Assembly (NCBI GenBank): GCA_034530615.2
Contig: JAVRCV020000071.1
Span: forward strand, 96,001-160,000
From: Aulosira sp. ZfuVER01
GTDB lineage: Bacteria > Cyanobacteriota > Cyanobacteriia > Cyanobacteriales > Nostocaceae
Length of the DNA stretch: 64,000 nucleotides
Direction: 5' to 3'
The notes under the pieces are model-generated. The model did not search any database. It was not told the DNA's origin and saw nothing but the letters and a program-made list of their open reading frames with translations. A program made the translations under genes and the position numbers. Below are positions 10,887-21,362 of this stretch, piece after piece; position 1 is the stretch's first letter, and the number at the start of each line of letters is the position of its first letter.

Positions 10887-11456
10887 TTACTTAATATTAG
10901 GATTGAGGCTAGCTCCGGTACGTCCTGAGACAATCCAGAAAAGGGAGCGCCCAACATCCCGCAGGATGTGGGCAATCGATTCTCTAGGCCTATTAGAGGG
11001 GATAGAGACAGAAGTAAAGATAATGCCTTGACTGCCCAGAACAAGGATTGCTATGAATTTTGCTCTAGGCAGGTGAAAATCTGAGGTAACTAAGTAGACA
11101 TGCCGAATGTGGCTTTGCTTAAAGTCGGCAACAAGGCTAGTGAAGTTGGTAACTGTGTCAACAGCACGGTAATCTAGATGAAGACGGCTGTTGGAGATGT
11201 CTGCATTGTGGAAGATAGTACGGGCTGTATCTGGAGGTGAGCCACTAGAAACCCAGATATCTAGAGTGGGATGTATTTGAGCAAATTGGGCAGTGAATTC
11301 TTCTCGATCTGGACCGCCACCAAGGGTAAAGATAGCTTGAGGATAGGGAGCTTGGTAAGAGGCGATCGCTATTTTGATGGGAATAACACTGAGCAACACT
11401 AGGATAATAGTTACTAGGGTCAATATCCTATATTTTTTTAGTTTTCGATGCAACAA
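10887..11456 (-). CDS. YdcF/DUF218-family protein
   Basis: N-terminal TM helix, LGGG, DTVTNF and LVTSDFHLPRA. Confidence 0.85.
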   Translation of the reverse strand: MLHRKLKKYRILTLVTIILVLLSVIPIKIAIASYQAPYPQAIFTLGGGPDREEFTAQFAQIHPTLDIWVSSGSPPDTARTIFHNADISNSRLHLDYRAVDTVTNFTSLVADFKQSHIRHVYLVTSDFHLPRAKFIAILVLGSQGIIFTSVSIPSNRPRESIAHILRDVGRSLFWIVSGRTGASLNPNIK

Positions 11457-11480
11457 TAAATCCCCAACTAGTTAATCATC

Positions 11481-12710
11481 TCAAGAAAACTTAGATGAAT
11501 TAGCAAAATCAGAGTACATAGACATTACACACTCTGGCAGAGGTTTTTGATTGAGAATTGCCTGGTAAGCAGAAGCTAATTTTTTAGCTACTGTCTGCCA
11601 TGAGTACTGTTTTAACGCAAATAGCCGACCATTTTGCCCTAGTTCATCGCGCAGTTGGGGAGCATTTAAAAGATTGGCGATCGCAACTTGTAGGGTTTCT
11701 AGTTCTCCATCTACAATTATTCCCGCTTTGGCTTGAGCAATATCTGGAGCAATTTGTACGCCTGGTGTAGTCACAACAGGTAAACCAGCCACCATCGCTT
11801 CTGCTAGCGCAATCCCAAAATTCTCTGAATAACTTGGTAGTACAAATAAGTCTGAACCTTGCAACAGCAAATCTTTATCGTGTCCAGTAGCAAACCCGAC
11901 AAATGAAGTTTGGGCTGTAAGGTTGAGAGATGCGACAATTTGTTGTAGCGATTTGACGTATGCTGTTTCTCCAGATCCGGCAATTATCAAATGAAATTTT
12001 TGTTGCTGTTCTGCTAACATACCCATTGCTTGAATCAGCAGTTCCGGACGTTTTTTGTAGTGCAAACGCGAGAGAAAAAGCACAATAGGAGTTTCATCGG
12101 AGATATTATACCGATAACGCAGCTGATATTTAGCATCAGGGATTAATGTCGGTAGATGTACACCTAGAGGCAAGCCTATTTTAGGCGACTTGACTCCAAA
12201 CTGAATTGCATCTTCTACTTCACCAATAGAAGTAGAATGAATTGCCGCTGCACTATCTAAATTGTAGCGTTCAATAAGAGCGCTATAAACTTGCTTTCTT
12301 AATTTGCTTTGAGCCAGTGCCCAAGGCGTTAATTGCCCCATTGTTCTCACTGTATATGGGACTTGTTGACATTGAGCAACAATAGCGGCACAGCTAGGGA
12401 GATAAGAGAATAAATAGTGATTGTCTAAAATATCGTAGTGTTTAATGTTTTGCCACAGCCACCTACTGAACGAGAAAGAAGGAAGAAATGCCTTCATTTG
12501 AGCAGCTCGTGGAAAAAACCAAACTGGTAGTTCTTTGTATTCTACACATTCATAAAATGGAACATCTAAAAGTGTTTCTGCATCATCATTTGTTGTTGCA
12601 ATCTCTGCATTTATTCCTTCTTCCCGTAATGCTCGAACTAAATTAAGCACTACCTGAGTTGGTCCTCCTAGTTTAGGACTAATGGAGGGTATTACGTGTA
12701 AAACTTTCAT
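11481..12710 (-). CDS. Glycosyltransferase family 4
   Basis: MKVLHVIPS...GGP, FLSRLHYKKR and SYSENFGIALAEAM. Confidence 0.9.
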   Translation of the reverse strand: MKVLHVIPSISPKLGGPTQVVLNLVRALREEGINAEIATTNDDAETLLDVPFYECVEYKELPVWFFPRAAQMKAFLPSFSFSRWLWQNIKHYDILDNHYLFSYLPSCAAIVAQCQQVPYTVRTMGQLTPWALAQSKLRKQVYSALIERYNLDSAAAIHSTSIGEVEDAIQFGVKSPKIGLPLGVHLPTLIPDAKYQLRYRYNISDETPIVLFLSRLHYKKRPELLIQAMGMLAEQQQKFHLIIAGSGETAYVKSLQQIVASLNLTAQTSFVGFATGHDKDLLLQGSDLFVLPSYSENFGIALAEAMVAGLPVVTTPGVQIAPDIAQAKAGIIVDGELETLQVAIANLLNAPQLRDELGQNGRLFALKQYSWQTVAKKLASAYQAILNQKPLPECVMSMYSDFANSSKFS

Positions 12711-12761
12711 AAATTATGAAGGGTAAACCTATGTTTGAAATAGGGTTGCTTAAGATAGTAA

Positions 12762-12892
12762 TAAGTAGCTCAACCTAATTAAACGTGAAATTTCATCACG
12801 TTGGTGGAACGCCTTCCTGTAGGGTACGGAGCGCAGTGAAGCCAAGTAATAGCAAAGACTCTATTTTATCTTTTTCAATCTTGACCTACTTA
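12762..12892. mobile_element. MITE-like element (TAAGTAG-ended family)
   Basis: Ends TAAGTAGCTCAA and TTGACCTACTTA form an 11/12 inverted match. Shares the internal ACGGAGCGCAG core with 21363-21490. Confidence 0.65.
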
Positions 12893-13255
12893 TCATTTCC
12901 TGTTAATTGCTTATACAACTCATTACGAGTGAAGCTTAGACACAAAGAGGCTTCTAGCAGGGTAGCAAGCGTAAAAATCGGAGATTGCTTCGCTCCACTT
13001 TGTTACGCTCGCAATGACAAATGTTTATACTAAGTTAAGTAGTCACAGAAATTATGACAAGTTATACCAAAACACTAAAGGGTTTTGATACCAAATGAAG
13101 CTTTAAATAAAAGCCTTCAAAATTGATGGAACGAAAGCATAAAAAGCTCAAAAAAGATAGATAATTTTATCTTTTCTTGTTAGTGAAGCTCATATATCTG
13201 TTTAATAAAATAAAATCAATTTAGTGAATTTATAGCTCAAATACCTACATTTCAA

Positions 13256-14710
13256 TCATTGTGGAGGATATTGATAAGGTAAGCGTTTAATTCCTAATAA
13301 AGAGGGAAATAGCTTTACAATAAATATCAGCGCTAGGACTGGCAATATTGATGTTGTTAAAACGCTTAAACTCCGCATTGTAATTCCAGCGGTAAAAAAG
13401 CCTAGAGCATTGACAACTGTACCATAACCAGTAGTATGAACAGCAGCAGTGCGCGACCACCAGCTGGCTAACATACCCAAAGCCAGGGATATAATTATGA
13501 CTGCAAGGATACCGCCAACCATATAACTTTCGCCAATATATGTTGAAGCTACAGTCCAACCTTGGGCACCTGTGACTTGCTCGATCGAGACACTCAGATT
13601 TTCTGGTTTGTCTGGCCAAAGTACCCTAGGTATTGGTTTAGTGGCAAATACAAACAAAACTTCCAGCCCCAAAAAATCATGATTTTTGGGAAATGTATCG
13701 ACTAATAAACCGATGCTGTTAAGGTTGTAGTCAACGGCTAGGGTTCCTTGCACTTTTTCAGTAGCGTAGGCTCCGGTTGCAAGGTAGCGGGTTATGCCCA
13801 TATCCCTAAACCCAAGCATGTGACGGGTTGCAAAAACCATTGCATACCCCATAACAGCAGTAGGAATTCCCACATTGAATAGATTAGGACGTCTCAGTGA
13901 GAGTAAATATCCTCCTAGAAATGTTGCAATATAGGAGCTAAAGACATTGCGTGTTCCTCCGGCAAATCCCTCAAAAAGAGTGAAAGCAAAGATTGTTATC
14001 ACCAAAAATATTTGCCAAGCCCGAAAAGATTGGCGGCGATTCCAGATAATGCCTGTAAGGGGAGGGATAACGTAGGCGAACAGCTTCAGTTCAGTTAAAA
14101 AAGATCGCCAATCACCTAAACGCTCCCGTCCCCACGGAACAGCAAACCGAGGGCCTAGCAAGGCATCGATCATTGTCAAGGGGTTGAAGTCAACTGACAG
14201 CAACATGTAGAAATAGGCGAGCAAGGCTGATACTAAGAAGAGACGAAATAAGACTTTGTTTGGGATGTGATTAAAGTCTAACCAGCCTTGCGGTGCTGGT
14301 TTCATAAAGTTGAAATGACGACCAATACCTAACCCTGCAAACCCAATTAAGAGAACGTAGAGCGCCTGAGCAGTTTGCTCAGGGGATAGGAGTTGATCGA
14401 ACTTGTCTTGTGGGTATAAAAACTCTACCAATGTCAAAAAGTACAGAGCCGTTAAACAAAGTAGATCTGCACGAAACAAATTTCGCCATCCCCGGCTACT
14501 ATCAAACCAGATGCTAACAGCTATTGCTATTGCTACTACAATAGCGACCTGACGTGCCATGAGGCTAGAGGTTTGGTCTATACTAATGGTTGTAAATGCC
14601 AGAAACAAACCTGAAAGTAAGGTAGATGTTCCTGCTACTGTTGCCGTTGCTACGCGTTTTTTAAAGACAGGGTGGCCTGGTTCTGGATACTGATTCGTAA
14701 AGATGTTCAT
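13256..14710 (-). CDS. Wzy/O-antigen polymerase-like integral membrane protein
   Basis: Polytopic membrane protein with GGTRN, a periplasmic loop with PIPRVLWPDKP, and GESY, inside a glycan locus. Confidence 0.7.
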   Translation of the reverse strand: MNIFTNQYPEPGHPVFKKRVATATVAGTSTLLSGLFLAFTTISIDQTSSLMARQVAIVVAIAIAVSIWFDSSRGWRNLFRADLLCLTALYFLTLVEFLYPQDKFDQLLSPEQTAQALYVLLIGFAGLGIGRHFNFMKPAPQGWLDFNHIPNKVLFRLFLVSALLAYFYMLLSVDFNPLTMIDALLGPRFAVPWGRERLGDWRSFLTELKLFAYVIPPLTGIIWNRRQSFRAWQIFLVITIFAFTLFEGFAGGTRNVFSSYIATFLGGYLLSLRRPNLFNVGIPTAVMGYAMVFATRHMLGFRDMGITRYLATGAYATEKVQGTLAVDYNLNSIGLLVDTFPKNHDFLGLEVLFVFATKPIPRVLWPDKPENLSVSIEQVTGAQGWTVASTYIGESYMVGGILAVIIISLALGMLASWWSRTAAVHTTGYGTVVNALGFFTAGITMRSLSVLTTSILPVLALIFIVKLFPSLLGIKRLPYQYPPQ

Positions 14711-14728
14711 GAATTGAGATTTGGCGAT

Positions 14729-15910
14729 TCAATGTGAGAAGCAAGAAGATTTGCTGTGAGTGAGCTTTTCATAAAAAGCTTCGTATGTATCTACCATCTT
14801 TGCCAGGGAGAATTGCTGGTTTACGAGTTGATAACTCGCGTTCGCCACAGTAGCACGCAAGATAGGATTAATAAAAGCCTTTAATCCTGTAAAGTCTCCT
14901 TTTTCAGAAGCGACAAAGCAAACTTCTTGGTTAAAATTTAACTCATCTGCTAGAGATGGGGTGATAACACAGGGCAAAGACCAAGCCATTGCTTCCAGTA
15001 GGGCAAATGGTAATCCTTCAAACTCAGCAGGGTGAAAAAAGCCGTCTGCTGCTGCCAAAAATGGTGTAACATCATTTTGCCAGGGGAAGCGTTGAATGTA
15101 TTCTCCTGCGTCATTTTCTGTAATCCACTTATCCCATACTGGAGCCAAGCGACCATCTCCAACCCATAAAAAACGGGCAGAGGGGATGAAGTGTTTGAGG
15201 TTAGTTGCCCATTCTAAAAATAAAAGCGGTTGCTTTTGCGCTTCCATTCGTCCTACTGCCAAAACTAGTAATTCATCAGAATGGAGTGCTAATTGAGAAC
15301 GAGCTTGTTTGCGCTTCATCAAACGTTCTGATTCTTTGGGAACACGAACCCCATTCTCAATCACAACTATCTTTTGCAAAGTTGTAGTAGAGGGAGAGAA
15401 AAACGTCGTTAATTCCTGACCACGATTCTTTGAAATTGCTACTAGTGAGCCATTAAACCGTTTTAATGCTTTTTCTGCTATTAAATCGCGCCAATTGCCT
15501 AACGCAGCGCCTAAGCTTGCCTGAGTTTGAGTAATATGAATGGTTGCCAGATGTGGAATTAGTAGATGTTTACTCGATTCCAGTAAATCTAAGCCATCTT
15601 CTAAGTTCTGCTTGTTGAAATGAAGGATATCGGGTTGAAAAGCTTGCCATTGGGATATATATGCTGCATTTGATTGAGAAAACACATCTGAAAAGCAGCG
15701 CAGTGAGCGATGATAAGTATTGCGGTAGGGCAATCGCAATACTTCACCGAATTTGCCAAAGGTGTTCGCTAACTCATCCATTTGCGGATGTTGCGAACAC
15801 CATAACCCGACATAGTGACCTCGTTTAGCAAGTTCTTGTCCTAGATATATTAAATAAAGCTCTCCGCCACCTCTTGAGCCAGAGCTACTGCTGACAAACA
15901 GAATTCTCAT
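14729..15910 (-). CDS. Glycosyltransferase family 4
   Basis: SRGGGE, VGRMEAQK and FEGLPFALLEAM. Confidence 0.9.
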   Translation of the reverse strand: MRILFVSSSSGSRGGGELYLIYLGQELAKRGHYVGLWCSQHPQMDELANTFGKFGEVLRLPYRNTYHRSLRCFSDVFSQSNAAYISQWQAFQPDILHFNKQNLEDGLDLLESSKHLLIPHLATIHITQTQASLGAALGNWRDLIAEKALKRFNGSLVAISKNRGQELTTFFSPSTTTLQKIVVIENGVRVPKESERLMKRKQARSQLALHSDELLVLAVGRMEAQKQPLLFLEWATNLKHFIPSARFLWVGDGRLAPVWDKWITENDAGEYIQRFPWQNDVTPFLAAADGFFHPAEFEGLPFALLEAMAWSLPCVITPSLADELNFNQEVCFVASEKGDFTGLKAFINPILRATVANASYQLVNQQFSLAKMVDTYEAFYEKLTHSKSSCFSH

Positions 15911-15920
15911 GAGATATTTC

Positions 15921-17039
15921 TCAAGCCAAGGTGAACTGATGTATGGGCCTTACTAGTTCATGGAAAGCATTAACCCAAAGTTGAGCGCCTGCTTCCGGAG
16001 TCCAAGCTCCAACCTTTTCTATAGAAGCTGAACTAGCCATTTGAATTAACATCGGGTTTTGGAAGTAATTGGCTAAAACCTGAGTCAAGGTATCTACATC
16101 ACCATTTGGGAAAACGTAACCATTTTTTCCCTGATCAATTAAATCATAGGCAGCACCAACAGCATTAGAACAAATCACGGGTAGCCCTGCACCAATTGCC
16201 TGATTTACCACCACACCCCAACCGTCGTAGCGGCTGGGAAGCACAAACAGATCCGCTTGTCGAAAAAAGTACGGTAAATCTTCAGGAGCCTGAAAACCTG
16301 CATATTCAATGTTTCGGCGCGTTTTTTCCGATACAGTTGCCAATATCTGCGGTAAATCTGCTTCACGTCCCACTAGCAACAACCGCGCTTCCAGACCCAT
16401 CTGTATAAGTCGGTCAAAAGCTTGCAGCAAAAGGTCAACCCCTTTACGGGCAATGATTTGACCGCAGAATAAAATGGTTGGGGGAGTGCGGGGTCTTTGG
16501 GGAATATCATAGCTAAATGCAGATAAATCGCAGTAGTAAGGGATGTTAAATATTGGTTTACCAGGAAAACGCTGTTGGTAAGCTTGGACAGCTTGAGAAC
16601 CAATTGCCGCGATCGCTTGGCATTGTGATAATCCTCCGGCTAATGTCTGCTGTAGCTTTCCTTTTAATCCCCCAGATGTACCTAGCATTTTTTCTCCCCA
16701 AAACACGCAGGGAATCTGTTCTGCTTGCAATCTTAGTAGCATCTGAGCAGTTACACTCATGTAGCCATTGAGAACAACAACATCTGATTGGCTAATTTTC
16801 GGTAAATGCCAATTGATGTGAAATCGGGATAATCCCCATGCAAAATGAAAGCCAGGAAGAATGTGCTCGTAGGGCTGTAGTGGTTGTTCGGGCCAAGGCG
16901 AGTCGGTGCAGGCTGATTCTAAATAAAAGATATTGAGATTTATTTCAGGATGCTGAGATAATGCATAGAATAAATCTCGTTGATAGGGGGATGGTACTAC
17001 AGAATAGAAAGTAGCCCTAATCATTGACAGTAACTTCAC
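15921..17039 (-). CDS. Glycosyltransferase family 4
   Basis: GQIIARKG and PSRYDGWGVVVNQA. Confidence 0.9.
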   Translation of the reverse strand: MKLLSMIRATFYSVVPSPYQRDLFYALSQHPEINLNIFYLESACTDSPWPEQPLQPYEHILPGFHFAWGLSRFHINWHLPKISQSDVVVLNGYMSVTAQMLLRLQAEQIPCVFWGEKMLGTSGGLKGKLQQTLAGGLSQCQAIAAIGSQAVQAYQQRFPGKPIFNIPYYCDLSAFSYDIPQRPRTPPTILFCGQIIARKGVDLLLQAFDRLIQMGLEARLLLVGREADLPQILATVSEKTRRNIEYAGFQAPEDLPYFFRQADLFVLPSRYDGWGVVVNQAIGAGLPVICSNAVGAAYDLIDQGKNGYVFPNGDVDTLTQVLANYFQNPMLIQMASSASIEKVGAWTPEAGAQLWVNAFHELVRPIHQFTLA

Positions 17040-17070
17040 TCCTCTTACTGGCCTGGGAATCAGTAAATTT

Positions 17071-18297
17071 CTAAGGTATAAGGGTTTGCAGAGACTGAGA
17101 TAGAGTTGAAAGATTAAACTGGGATGGCTTAACAGAATGATTGGAGAAATATGTTAATTGCTCTGGATTTCTGAGAATAGATTGAATCAGATTTACGATT
17201 GCCTCACCACTCACTTCATCTAAAATCCAACCATTTACACCATCCACAACCACCTCACCACAGCAGCGAGAGGCAATCAAAGGAAGCTTCCACGCTTGCG
17301 CCTCCAGTTGGGTTAGTCCAAACCCATCGGAAAGAGTCGGAAACAAAAATATATCGGCAAGCTGATAATATTGGGCCGTTTCACTCCGATTGACATGACC
17401 CACCCAACGGATTTGGGGATGCATTTGTAGGTGAGGTGGAATGGTAATTTGCTGAGATCCCACAATCCAGAACTCTATGGGATATCCCTCAAGATGTTCT
17501 ACTGCTGACAACAGGGCTGCAATGCCTTTTCGTAAAATTACCTGCCCCAGAAATAAGACTCTCAAGGGACGGTCTTGAGAAAATAATTTTGGATAGGTGC
17601 GGACAAAATTTGTTGCTGCTTTTGGTGGAGTATAAACCAAGGGAATTACATGGATTTTGTTAGGATCAACACCTGTTTTTCCTACGAGTTGGCACGACCA
17701 GTTAGAATTTACAACAATGCGATCGGCTAGCGCACATTCTTCACGCCAGGTTTGCCAATATTTGGGAGGTGCAGGTTGCCATTCTGCACGATATTGGGGA
17801 TATTGTTCATACTCTTTAATAACAATTGCTTCTTCCAAAATACCTGGGTCAATTTGACCAAGAATGGTGTACCATCCCTGTTGTTTAGCAAATTTAAATA
17901 GCTCTAAAGCAGCGTAGCTGTAAGAAAAAAGAATTGGCGGAGTTGTGAACTGGTCAACTAGTGATGTTAGGGTCTTGATTGCCTGCTGTTGAAACCATTG
18001 ATTACGAGCAATAACTAGTTCCCACCCTGTTTTATTCTGAATGCGTTGAGTGAATTCAAAACTAATTAAAGATCTAGAAAAAGCGTGAACAGATGCTGGT
18101 AATAAATCTGGATGATATCTTTCCCTTAAATTAGCTAAAAGATTTTTAGGGAGAAGATTCAGTGAAGACTGAGAATAAACCCAAGCATCTGTAATTAGAT
18201 GAGCAAGTTTTCCCTGCTTCTGTATAGCTCTTGGAATAGTGTAATGCTCACGTGCTCCAATTTGACAGGAGATCCAATTAGAAGATGCTGTAAGCAT
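17071..18297 (-). CDS. Glycosyltransferase family 4
   Basis: GQVILRKG and PTLSDGFGLTQLEA. Confidence 0.9.
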   Translation of the reverse strand: MLTASSNWISCQIGAREHYTIPRAIQKQGKLAHLITDAWVYSQSSLNLLPKNLLANLRERYHPDLLPASVHAFSRSLISFEFTQRIQNKTGWELVIARNQWFQQQAIKTLTSLVDQFTTPPILFSYSYAALELFKFAKQQGWYTILGQIDPGILEEAIVIKEYEQYPQYRAEWQPAPPKYWQTWREECALADRIVVNSNWSCQLVGKTGVDPNKIHVIPLVYTPPKAATNFVRTYPKLFSQDRPLRVLFLGQVILRKGIAALLSAVEHLEGYPIEFWIVGSQQITIPPHLQMHPQIRWVGHVNRSETAQYYQLADIFLFPTLSDGFGLTQLEAQAWKLPLIASRCCGEVVVDGVNGWILDEVSGEAIVNLIQSILRNPEQLTYFSNHSVKPSQFNLSTLSQSLQTLIP

Positions 18298-18345
18298 TAA
18301 ATTATGGTTGAATAGGCTTAATCATATAATTTCTGAAAGCTATAG

Positions 18346-18400
18346 TAATAATAACAAGACTCCCAAACTTTCTAAAAATTTGGGAGTCTTGTTATTATTA
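18346..18400. terminator. Long perfect inverted repeat (22-bp arms), putative terminator or stabiliser downstream of the RTX gene
   Basis: TAATAATAACAAGACTCCCAAA-N11-TTTGGGAGTCTTGTTATTATTA. Confidence 0.65.
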
Positions 18401-18526
18401 AGTTCCAAGTTAAAAGTAAAAATACAAAATAAGATTTATCTTATGACTTTTTACTTTTTTAAAAAATTGCCTTTTCAGAAAATTCTTACAATTCCTATCA
18501 AATTAATTGCAGAACTCAGCTTGATG

Positions 18527-20137
18527 CTAGGCAATTATCAGAAAGTCCGTTGCTGCTAAAGATGGATTTCCTGTCAATGTTGCGACAAAACCACCACCTG
18601 CAATACCTGGAGTTGACCCATCTGGATTGTATAACAACCTTCCATTGAAGGTATTGTAAACAAAGAATGCATTTTCATTAGCCATACCATTATTGCTAGA
18701 GCCATAGCTCTTTGAGATAAAGCCTTGAGGAATAGCTAAATTTGAACCGACAGAGGTTTGCAGAGCAGTAAAGGTAGTAGCACTAAGATGAATTTTATCT
18801 CCTTGTGAACTCTGAAAGTCTGTAATCGTATCTTCTCTGATAGAAGTAGATAAAGTCCCTGTTGCACTTAAACCTGTACCGCCAAATTCAAAAATGTCAG
18901 CGCCCAGTCCACCGGTAAGAGTATCAACAGCACCTTTTCCAGCAAGGATATCATTGCCAGATCCACCTACAAGTTGATTATAAGAATTATTTCCAGTAAT
19001 AGTAGCATTAACGCTGTTATTTAAGGTGAAATTGACGTTAGTATTATTACTAATGATATTAATAAATTCAACCTCTGCTGAAGTAGCCCAAGAAGTAGTA
19101 ACTGTAACAGTATCAATGCCTTCACCACTATTCTCCACAACAATATCATTAATATTATCAATAGTGAAACTATCGTTACCAATACCACCTATTAATGAGT
19201 CTGCGCCAGTTCCACCATCAATTGTATCGTTACCAGACGAACCATTAATGGTATCATTACCGCCCAATCCACTTAGAATATTATTTTCACGGTTGCCAGT
19301 AATAACATTATTGACACTATTACCTTCGCCTTTAATCGGTGAATTGTTTGCAAGAACAGCAAGCATTAAATTTTCAACTAAACCTGAACCTATAAAGGTG
19401 ACTCCAGGTTGACTAATTAAAGAAGGTTGACTACTTAAAGAAAAATCAACTGCTGTAAAAATAGTATCTATTCCACTACCACCGTCGCTACTTTCGTCTA
19501 TAACCAAACTTCCTACTTGGTAAATAGTATAGACATCGTCTCCAGCACCACCTATTAAAGTACCTGTCTGAGAATTAGTAATTTCTAAATAGTCATTACC
19601 ATTTCCTCCATAGACTTTAGAACCGCTTCCTCCTTTCAAAGTATCAGATCCATCACCTCCTTTTAGAATGGTGTTAGAGGCATAACTCATAATAACCTCG
19701 TTTCTGGAAGAGCCAATTCCAGTAATACCATTAGTGCGCAGGTAAAGTCCTAGGGTTGTTGGATTCCCAAGCACATTAGACAGATTAAAGTTAACATAAG
19801 TGTTAATTGCTGCACTATCTGTATCAGTAATAATATCGCCTACGTTATCAACATAATAGGAATCAATACCAGCGCCACCATTCATAGAGTCAGCGCCAAC
19901 ACCGCCATCAAGCTGATCGTTACCGTTCCCACCAAAAAGCTGATCGTTACCGTTTTCACCAAAAAGCTGATCGTTACCATCGTTGCCAAAAAGCTGATCG
20001 TTACCATCACCACCAAAAAGGCGCTCATTGCCAGCTAAACCCGTGAGTGTATCATCTCCTCCAAGACCCTGTAACTCATCACCAGGATTTAAAGCATTCA
20101 AAACCTCACCCAATGAGGTTCCTCTGATGGTTGCCAT
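18527..20137 (-). CDS. RTX-type calcium-binding secreted protein
   Basis: Many GGxGxDxL nonapeptides, a C-terminal DTITDF...DKI region ending in TDFLII, no Sec signal, and an AGAGGA RBS. Confidence 0.9.
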   Translation of the reverse strand: MATIRGTSLGEVLNALNPGDELQGLGGDDTLTGLAGNERLFGGDGNDQLFGNDGNDQLFGENGNDQLFGGNGNDQLDGGVGADSMNGGAGIDSYYVDNVGDIITDTDSAAINTYVNFNLSNVLGNPTTLGLYLRTNGITGIGSSRNEVIMSYASNTILKGGDGSDTLKGGSGSKVYGGNGNDYLEITNSQTGTLIGGAGDDVYTIYQVGSLVIDESSDGGSGIDTIFTAVDFSLSSQPSLISQPGVTFIGSGLVENLMLAVLANNSPIKGEGNSVNNVITGNRENNILSGLGGNDTINGSSGNDTIDGGTGADSLIGGIGNDSFTIDNINDIVVENSGEGIDTVTVTTSWATSAEVEFINIISNNTNVNFTLNNSVNATITGNNSYNQLVGGSGNDILAGKGAVDTLTGGLGADIFEFGGTGLSATGTLSTSIREDTITDFQSSQGDKIHLSATTFTALQTSVGSNLAIPQGFISKSYGSSNNGMANENAFFVYNTFNGRLLYNPDGSTPGIAGGGFVATLTGNPSLAATDFLIIA

Positions 20138-20243
20138 ATTTATAATGTTCCTCTTTTCTATATATAGTCAAAGATGTAATAAAAAATTCTACTATGCCTT
20201 AGTAATTATACTGAATAAAGTTTAAATTTTATGTGAGGCAAAT

Positions 20244-21316
20244 GGCGTTGTTGCGTGAATAGGCAAAATGGTAAATTTTAGCTATCGCTTATGTTCTCTT
20301 GCCGCCTAGCCCAACGATGAAGACGAAAGCCCAGTATAAAGTTCGGAATTGGAACGCTTATGATGCAGCACTAAAGCAACGAGGCAGTATCAGTTTCTGG
20401 GTAAATGAAGAGATAATCGAGCAGTGGCGCAACCAGCAAAAAACTGGGAGAAAGGGAGCATCAAATTATTACTCAGATGTGGCGATCGCCACAATGGGTA
20501 CAATTCAAGCGGTGTTTCATTTACCTGGACGGCAAGCACAAGGGTTTTTAGAATCGTTGTTCATGCTCATGGGGATTGAGCTAGCAGTCCCGGATCACTC
20601 TACTCTATCGAGACGTTTAAGCAAGTTGTCGGTGAAACTGCCAGTAGTGCCAAAGGACAGAACTGTTCATGTAGTAGTGGATTCAACTGGTGTGAAAGTC
20701 TATGGTGAAGGCGAATGGAAAGTGCGTACACATGGGGTTGGTAAACGACGGACGTGGCGCAAATTACATTTAGGTATTGATGAGGAAAGTGGCGAAATTC
20801 TCGGCGCGGTTGTAACTACTAATGATGTAGCTGATTGTGAAGTGCTGCCTGACATATTAGAGCAGATTGAGCAGTCGATAGAGCAAGTATCTGGAGATGG
20901 TGGCTATGACACAAAAGGTTGTTACGACACCATTTCACAACGTGGGGCGAAAGCCACAATTCCACCACGTAGCAACGCCAAAATGCAGCAACCACACCCT
21001 CAAGCACAACCGCAGCCCCATCCCAGAGATGAAAATCTGCGGCGGGTGAACCAAGTCGGACGTAAGCAATGGAAACAAGAGAGTGGATATCATCGACGTT
21101 CATTATCCGAGACAGCCATATTTCGACTCAAAACCATTTTTGGTAGTAAGTTAAGACGACGCTTTTTTGACAATCAGGCTGTCGAGTTATTTTTGCAATG
21201 TGCCGCGCTTAATCGCATGATCCAGTTGGGCAAGCCGGACACTTACAAAGTAGAAAACTAACTTCTGTTCTAATGCCGGATTGGCGTGTCTCTTTTTTCT
21301 TTCATGCAACAAAGCC
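20244..21316 (+). mobile_element. IS5-family, IS903-group insertion sequence (1073 bp)
   Basis: IRL GGCGTTGTTGCGTGAA and IRR (reverse complement) GGCTTTGTTGCATGAA match 14/16. Flanked by an exact 9-bp duplication GAGGCAAAT at 20235-20243 and 21317-21325. Confidence 0.95.
20317..21261 (+). CDS. IS5-family (IS903 group) DDE transposase
   Basis: YKVRNW..Y..AL..RG, DSTG, RRTWRKLH, DGGYD and YHRRSLSET. The frame is intact; the ATG at 20317 is preferred over the TTG at 20299. Confidence 0.95.
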   Translation: MKTKAQYKVRNWNAYDAALKQRGSISFWVNEEIIEQWRNQQKTGRKGASNYYSDVAIATMGTIQAVFHLPGRQAQGFLESLFMLMGIELAVPDHSTLSRRLSKLSVKLPVVPKDRTVHVVVDSTGVKVYGEGEWKVRTHGVGKRRTWRKLHLGIDEESGEILGAVVTTNDVADCEVLPDILEQIEQSIEQVSGDGGYDTKGCYDTISQRGAKATIPPRSNAKMQQPHPQAQPQPHPRDENLRRVNQVGRKQWKQESGYHRRSLSETAIFRLKTIFGSKLRRRFFDNQAVELFLQCAALNRMIQLGKPDTYKVEN

Positions 21317-21362
21317 GAGGCAAATTGTATTTTTACGTCAATGTCATAGTGGAAGAACGTTT

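Noticed and set aside
12785..13033. 82-aa ORF from the track
   Set aside because: It lies over MITE/REP-like repeats, runs opposite to the operon and shows no protein features.
19905..20020. 27-bp tandem repeats (AAAAGCTGATCGTTACC...)
   Set aside because: They encode the RTX nonapeptides (GxxGNDQLF), so they are a coding repeat.
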